DNA of 64,000 nt from Nemertoderma westbladi (Eukaryota > Animalia > Xenacoelomorpha): contig JAUCBJ010003862.1 in assembly GCA_032718475.1 (NCBI GenBank), positions 1-64,000 on the forward strand, read 5' to 3'. The stretch's first letter is position 1, and every line of letters begins with the position of its first letter. This document shows, piece by piece, positions 60,125-64,000 of the stretch. The notes beneath the pieces are model-generated. The model ran no database searches. It was not told the DNA's origin and was given only the letters and a program-made list of their open reading frames with translations. Both the position numbers and the translations under genes were made by a program.

Positions 60125-60980
60125 CCCGTATTAACTTAAGTGTTATAACAGTGCAACCTCCGCTAAAATTAATTAATTCGCCTTGTCCGTCATGTAAAGT
60201 AATTAAGATTGTTTTTAGTTTTTTATTCAACAACGGGTAATAGCAAATGCTCTCGTATTCGTGATTAATATATTTTCGATTTAATTGCGTTAAAGGGCAG
60301 GTTCTTAAGAGCGGTGCTAAAGCGTCACCAACAAATGAGCTCTTAATAATATCTGTATATATAAAGATAGTGTCTTTATTACGTGTTATATTCGTGGGAG
60401 CTGGAAAATCTAAAATGCCAATTTCCGAAATTTTTGGTCCGCTATAATTTAAAATTAATATCGGCTGTTCTATATTGCTTAATTCATCTACTGTAGTGGT
60501 ACTGTATATATCCCAATTCGGAATACCAGGATGATTCCGATCCAATAACGGTTTTAAGCCTAGAATTTGTATTAAATCACCACGTAGACTTAATTGTATT
60601 TTTTTCAACTTTTTAGGAAATTTAAATTTAATTCTAGAATTATTTGTATTAAAAATGAATTCGAAATCTCTATATTTCGCTTCAGAATTAAACAGTTTAT
60701 TTATATCATCAATAATCACTTGAATAGAGCTATGCATACCAGGAAATAAACTATATAATTTGGCATCTTTTGCATCTACCCCGATTGACAGCGAGATTTG
60801 AGTTTGCAGTGTAATATTACTGTATGTTGCTTGGTATTGTAGCTCGGCAAGCCCAATTTTAGCATTTGGACCAATATATAATTCTTCGGCTAAATCAACA
60901 GTAAACTCGCTAGGATTATTATTGGGGTAAGTGTTTAATGAGCTATCTGAAAGTAGAGTGATATATGTATCTGTGGCCAT
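60108..60980 (-). CDS. Minor capsid protein (penton) paralogue A
   Basis: YITLLSDSSLNTYPNNNPSEFTVDL...IGLAEL; FIYTDIIKSSFVGDALAPLLR...YYPL...ITLHDGQGELINF. Confidence 0.85.
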   Translation of the reverse strand: MATDTYITLLSDSSLNTYPNNNPSEFTVDLAEELYIGPNAKIGLAELQYQATYSNITLQTQISLSIGVDAKDAKLYSLFPGMHSSIQVIIDDINKLFNSEAKYRDFEFIFNTNNSRIKFKFPKKLKKIQLSLRGDLIQILGLKPLLDRNHPGIPNWDIYSTTTVDELSNIEQPILILNYSGPKISEIGILDFPAPTNITRNKDTIFIYTDIIKSSFVGDALAPLLRTCPLTQLNRKYINHEYESICYYPLLNKKLKTILITLHDGQGELINFSGGCTVITLKLIRGGSDG

Positions 60981-61239
60981 TATTATTATTATTATTTAAG
61001 CTCTCTCTCTCTCTACTTGACTCCATTGTACATACAGTACAGTATAATGTTAAATTATAGACATCTGTGACCACGTTCATTGTCGCATCTTCTACAGTAT
61101 ATGCGCGGGATCAATATTTTATTGGCTTTATTTAAAACGGATGAACTATAGATATAGTAATATCATTCGAGTTAATATTGATTAATTACGGTCGGTCATA
61201 TGCGACCAAAATGAATTAATATACAGTATAAACCTAAGC

Positions 61240-62328
61240 TTATTGAATATGCTGTACCCACGACTGTTTCTTGGATCCGATGAATCGGACTAAATATTCT
61301 TTCTTCCCATTGCGTACACGTTCTTTAAGTTTGCCAATATTTTTGTCAATTGCTAGATAAATATTACTATTCGGGTGGACCTTTTGGAGTTCGTGAGAAT
61401 AAAATGAGCCCTTTATTATAGCTCCAGCGCTGTCCTTAATATCGAACATTACAGCAGGTACTCTATCCAACCTGACACGATGAATAATAAATAATTCACG
61501 TGTCCATTGTTCTCGATAGCCTTTAGCAAAAGCAGTACGAGCGATAGATAATCGTACTGTATCTCCAACTTTAAATTTTATTTTCTTATGATTAATCTGT
61601 CTATATTTCCTATATAATCTATTCATTAATTCAGTTTCATTAAATTTATTAACTTCAATAGGTGTCATTTTTATTGTCCTATGATATGACCTATTATAAG
61701 CATAAATGAGCTTTGGTAAAATTTTAATCCAAACATTATTTCCTCGTTGTGTAAAAATTTTGAACATCTTTGTTTTTAATGTTCTATTGAATCTCTCGAC
61801 AATAGCCGCCTTATTCACAGAATACATTACGTAATACTGTATACCTAACGTATCTAAATATATTCTTACAGATTTATTTAGAAACTCAGACCCTTGATCA
61901 GTCGCGATTCTGTTTGGTTTTCCTTTCTGGAATATTTTTTGCAATATACTAATAATTTCAACACCCTTTTTTGTTTTCATACCATAGCCAAAAGCAAGCC
62001 TGCTAAAGGCATCAATATATGTTAATATATAGTTATAATTATTATTTTGCGATTTATATTGCTGCATATCCACCAGATCTATCATATATATATCTTTTAA
62101 ACCCCCCGTAAATATTTTAGATGTTGGATAATGATGTCTACGTGGAGCGTGAAGGGTGTATGTCTTTTGCCCGCTCAACCATTTCTGGGCTTGTGCTGGT
62201 TTGATGTTTGCAGCTCTTGCTAATTTTGCAACACTTGCAAAACCCGCGGGGGATGATGGATCTAAATAAATTCTTAACAGTTTTTTGTCTAAGCTTCGGC
62301 TTAAAATCGGTTTCATCTTGCGAGGCAT
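61240..62328 (-). CDS. Polinton rve (DDE) integrase with a chromodomain-like C-terminus
   Basis: Y.DPSSPAGF, TYTLH, IDLVDM, IDAFSR, TDQGSEF, VERFNRTLK, YNRSYHRTIKMTP, FKVGDTVR, FAKGY...WT.ELF, EYLVRFIG...SWV. Confidence 0.95.
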   Translation of the reverse strand: MPRKMKPILSRSLDKKLLRIYLDPSSPAGFASVAKLARAANIKPAQAQKWLSGQKTYTLHAPRRHHYPTSKIFTGGLKDIYMIDLVDMQQYKSQNNNYNYILTYIDAFSRLAFGYGMKTKKGVEIISILQKIFQKGKPNRIATDQGSEFLNKSVRIYLDTLGIQYYVMYSVNKAAIVERFNRTLKTKMFKIFTQRGNNVWIKILPKLIYAYNRSYHRTIKMTPIEVNKFNETELMNRLYRKYRQINHKKIKFKVGDTVRLSIARTAFAKGYREQWTRELFIIHRVRLDRVPAVMFDIKDSAGAIIKGSFYSHELQKVHPNSNIYLAIDKNIGKLKERVRNGKKEYLVRFIGSKKQSWVQHIQ

Positions 62329-62379
62329 CTTTTCAACAACCGCAAGTAATATGTATATTCAAATCTCTTATAAAGGGCA

Positions 62380-62550
62380 TCACCGTAAGAACAACTGAAA
62401 TTTTTTAATTATTTTCTTTGAAGTTGATGTTTTAAAGGGTTTTCTTTTTGTAGTATTTACTCTAGGTATATCTTGTGGTTTTAAATCAGTAGCTAACGGT
62501 TTACTCGATACTAAATATAATTTTCTAAATGTTACTCCTGTTTTAACCAT
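62380..62550 (-). CDS. Short basic ORF (56 aa), possibly a truncated Polinton gene
   Basis: ATG follows the upstream stop (TAATAATG); MVKTGVTFRKLYLVSSKP... Confidence 0.35.
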   Translation of the reverse strand: MVKTGVTFRKLYLVSSKPLATDLKPQDIPRVNTTKRKPFKTSTSKKIIKKFQLFLR

Positions 62551-62552
62551 TA

Positions 62553-62825
62553 TTACCGTCCGCGGTTAATTTTTTTCGCAATAGCTGCTCCAGCGGCGGC
62601 GGCACCGGCACTCGCGGCGAGTTTCGCACCAATGCCGAGTAAGGGTATTAGAAACGGTAGTATACCTCCAGATTGATTGCTTAACTTTTTTCTGTAACTT
62701 GATATATTTTTTGTTTTACGGTTGAGTAATTTCAATACCTTCTTATAGCGGCGAGTTCTTATAAGTTCTTTGTTGAGGGGTAGCGCTGCGTAGAAATTCC
62801 AGTTCGTTACGATATTTCTGCTCAA
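62553..62825 (-). CDS. Adenovirus pX/Mu-like core protein
   Basis: Basic region followed by QSGG|ILPFLIPLLGIGA, close to adenoviral pX RGG|ILPLLIPLIAAAIGA; start codon uncertain. Confidence 0.65.
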   Translation of the reverse strand: MSRNIVTNWNFYAALPLNKELIRTRRYKKVLKLLNRKTKNISSYRKKLSNQSGGILPFLIPLLGIGAKLAASAGAAAAGAAIAKKINRGR

Positions 62826-62872
62826 GTCTATTCATTGTTGCAACATTATTGAAAATTGTTACAAAATATTAA

Positions 62873-63553
62873 TTATTTATTATTATTATTATTATTATTT
62901 TCGTTACGTTTATAGTCAATGTAATTTTTAATGTAACAATTATGATTACGAAATATATAAGATCTAAATCTTAAATGTTCGGGTGTTTCCTGTCGTAAAT
63001 CAATTAAGAAATGTGAAAATGGTTCAATTGTCGCATCTTGATAGGAATCAACTAAAAATTTGGTCTGCCCTGGTAACATCTGCTTCGCGAAATTTAAAAC
63101 TGATAAACTATCTCGCAGATTTTTCATTAATACTAAAGTATGGCTATTAATTGATCTTGTGCGGTTATGCTTCCCACCGTAAAACATGTTTTGCGTTATA
63201 AAACAAATAAATATATTGGAATGATGAGCTACCTTAGTAAACAATACAGTTAAAGCTGTACTGGACTCAGTTTCTGTTAATAAATCATCTATAATTAATA
63301 AATCTCGACTATTCACTAAACTATCTATATTTTCGGGCAAACCTTTGTAAAGGTGAGTAATACCGGGAATAGTCGGGGGATTGCTCCCGTAACAATACAA
63401 TACTCGCAAGGGGGCTTCGTTGAAACAACCATTCTTGTGTTTAATTAAATTACTGACAAACGTTGACTTTCCAGAACCAGGTGGCCCAGAAATTATCATA
63501 CTCGTTCCCATTTGAAAGTTTAAATTATATGGACCTGAATTAAAGTCAGCCAT
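62873..63553 (-). CDS. FtsK/A32-like genome packaging ATPase
   Basis: Walker A GPPGSGKS, Walker B LLIIDDL, HHSNI.ICFITQN, RTRSINSH. Confidence 0.92.
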   Translation of the reverse strand: MADFNSGPYNLNFQMGTSMIISGPPGSGKSTFVSNLIKHKNGCFNEAPLRVLYCYGSNPPTIPGITHLYKGLPENIDSLVNSRDLLIIDDLLTETESSTALTVLFTKVAHHSNIFICFITQNMFYGGKHNRTRSINSHTLVLMKNLRDSLSVLNFAKQMLPGQTKFLVDSYQDATIEPFSHFLIDLRQETPEHLRFRSYIFRNHNCYIKNYIDYKRNENNNNNNNK

Positions 63554-64000
63554 TTATTATTATTATTAAGATATATCAACAATACAATATAATATAAATA
63601 TCAATATCAATATCAATAAACCATCACCATTACTATGTATATAACAATAATTGAGGCAACTACAATATTAGAGTACTGTATATTTAATTAACATATGACA
63701 CAACTACAGTATGTGACGCTCGCTGCAACAAAAGGTGCTATTTCCAATTATAGTATAGACTGATGTAATTTCAAGCATGGTGAGCATCTTTATACGCGAA
63801 ATAATGATAGGTAACATCGGCGGTTTGGAAATCACTTCCCGAGAATTTTGCACTAATGATTTTTTTATGTTCGCCGCTAAAAAAATAAGGAATATAGTAG
63901 CAACACCGTCGTACTACATTTCTATAAAAAATATTCTCCAATATTGTAAATAAATCTCCCGGATCATTACTTTCCGCAGAAATATAAGTTATATTGCGAA

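Larger units (their letters stand above)
47415..64000. mobile_element. Polinton/Maverick (adintovirus-like endogenous virus); right end beyond the window
   Basis: AGTAGTAGGAGAAGAG at 47415 fits the typical Polinton AGT/AG terminus; full hallmark set of pPolB, protease, major capsid, penton, integrase and ATPase. Confidence 0.93.

Overview
Repeat-dense eukaryotic window, probably from an invertebrate (the host cannot be identified from sequence alone). From left to right: (1) the 3' part of a BEL/Pao LTR retrotransposon (pol 1-4359, 3' LTR 4378-4789) abuts the 3' half of a second LTR element with a long LTR (7425-8658). (2) A five-exon host SLC35G/EamA-like transporter gene can be assembled across 12383-35275. 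Its intron 3 holds an 11-bp minisatellite split by a near-full-length CRE-clade non-LTR retrotransposon; its intron 4 holds two nested BEL/Pao elements (21880-34163, TSD TGAAC; 27718-31879, TSD GGCGC). (3) A long-LTR element at 36231-45027 (TSD ATCAT) contains an L2/CR1-group LINE. (4) A Polinton/Maverick (adintovirus-like) runs from 47415 off the window end, with pPolB, PC4-like, TBP-like, DEDD-like, protease, major capsid, two pentons, core proteins, integrase and ATPase. Most notable: three separate LTR elements carry a homologous extra ORF next to the 3' LTR (WRN/EXD-type 3'-5' exonuclease-like domain seen in two of them, plus paired Cys/His zinc motifs); the CRE element sits inside a minisatellite; and the Polinton carries transcription-factor-like cargo. 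Protein calls are from motif recognition by eye; no searches were run.
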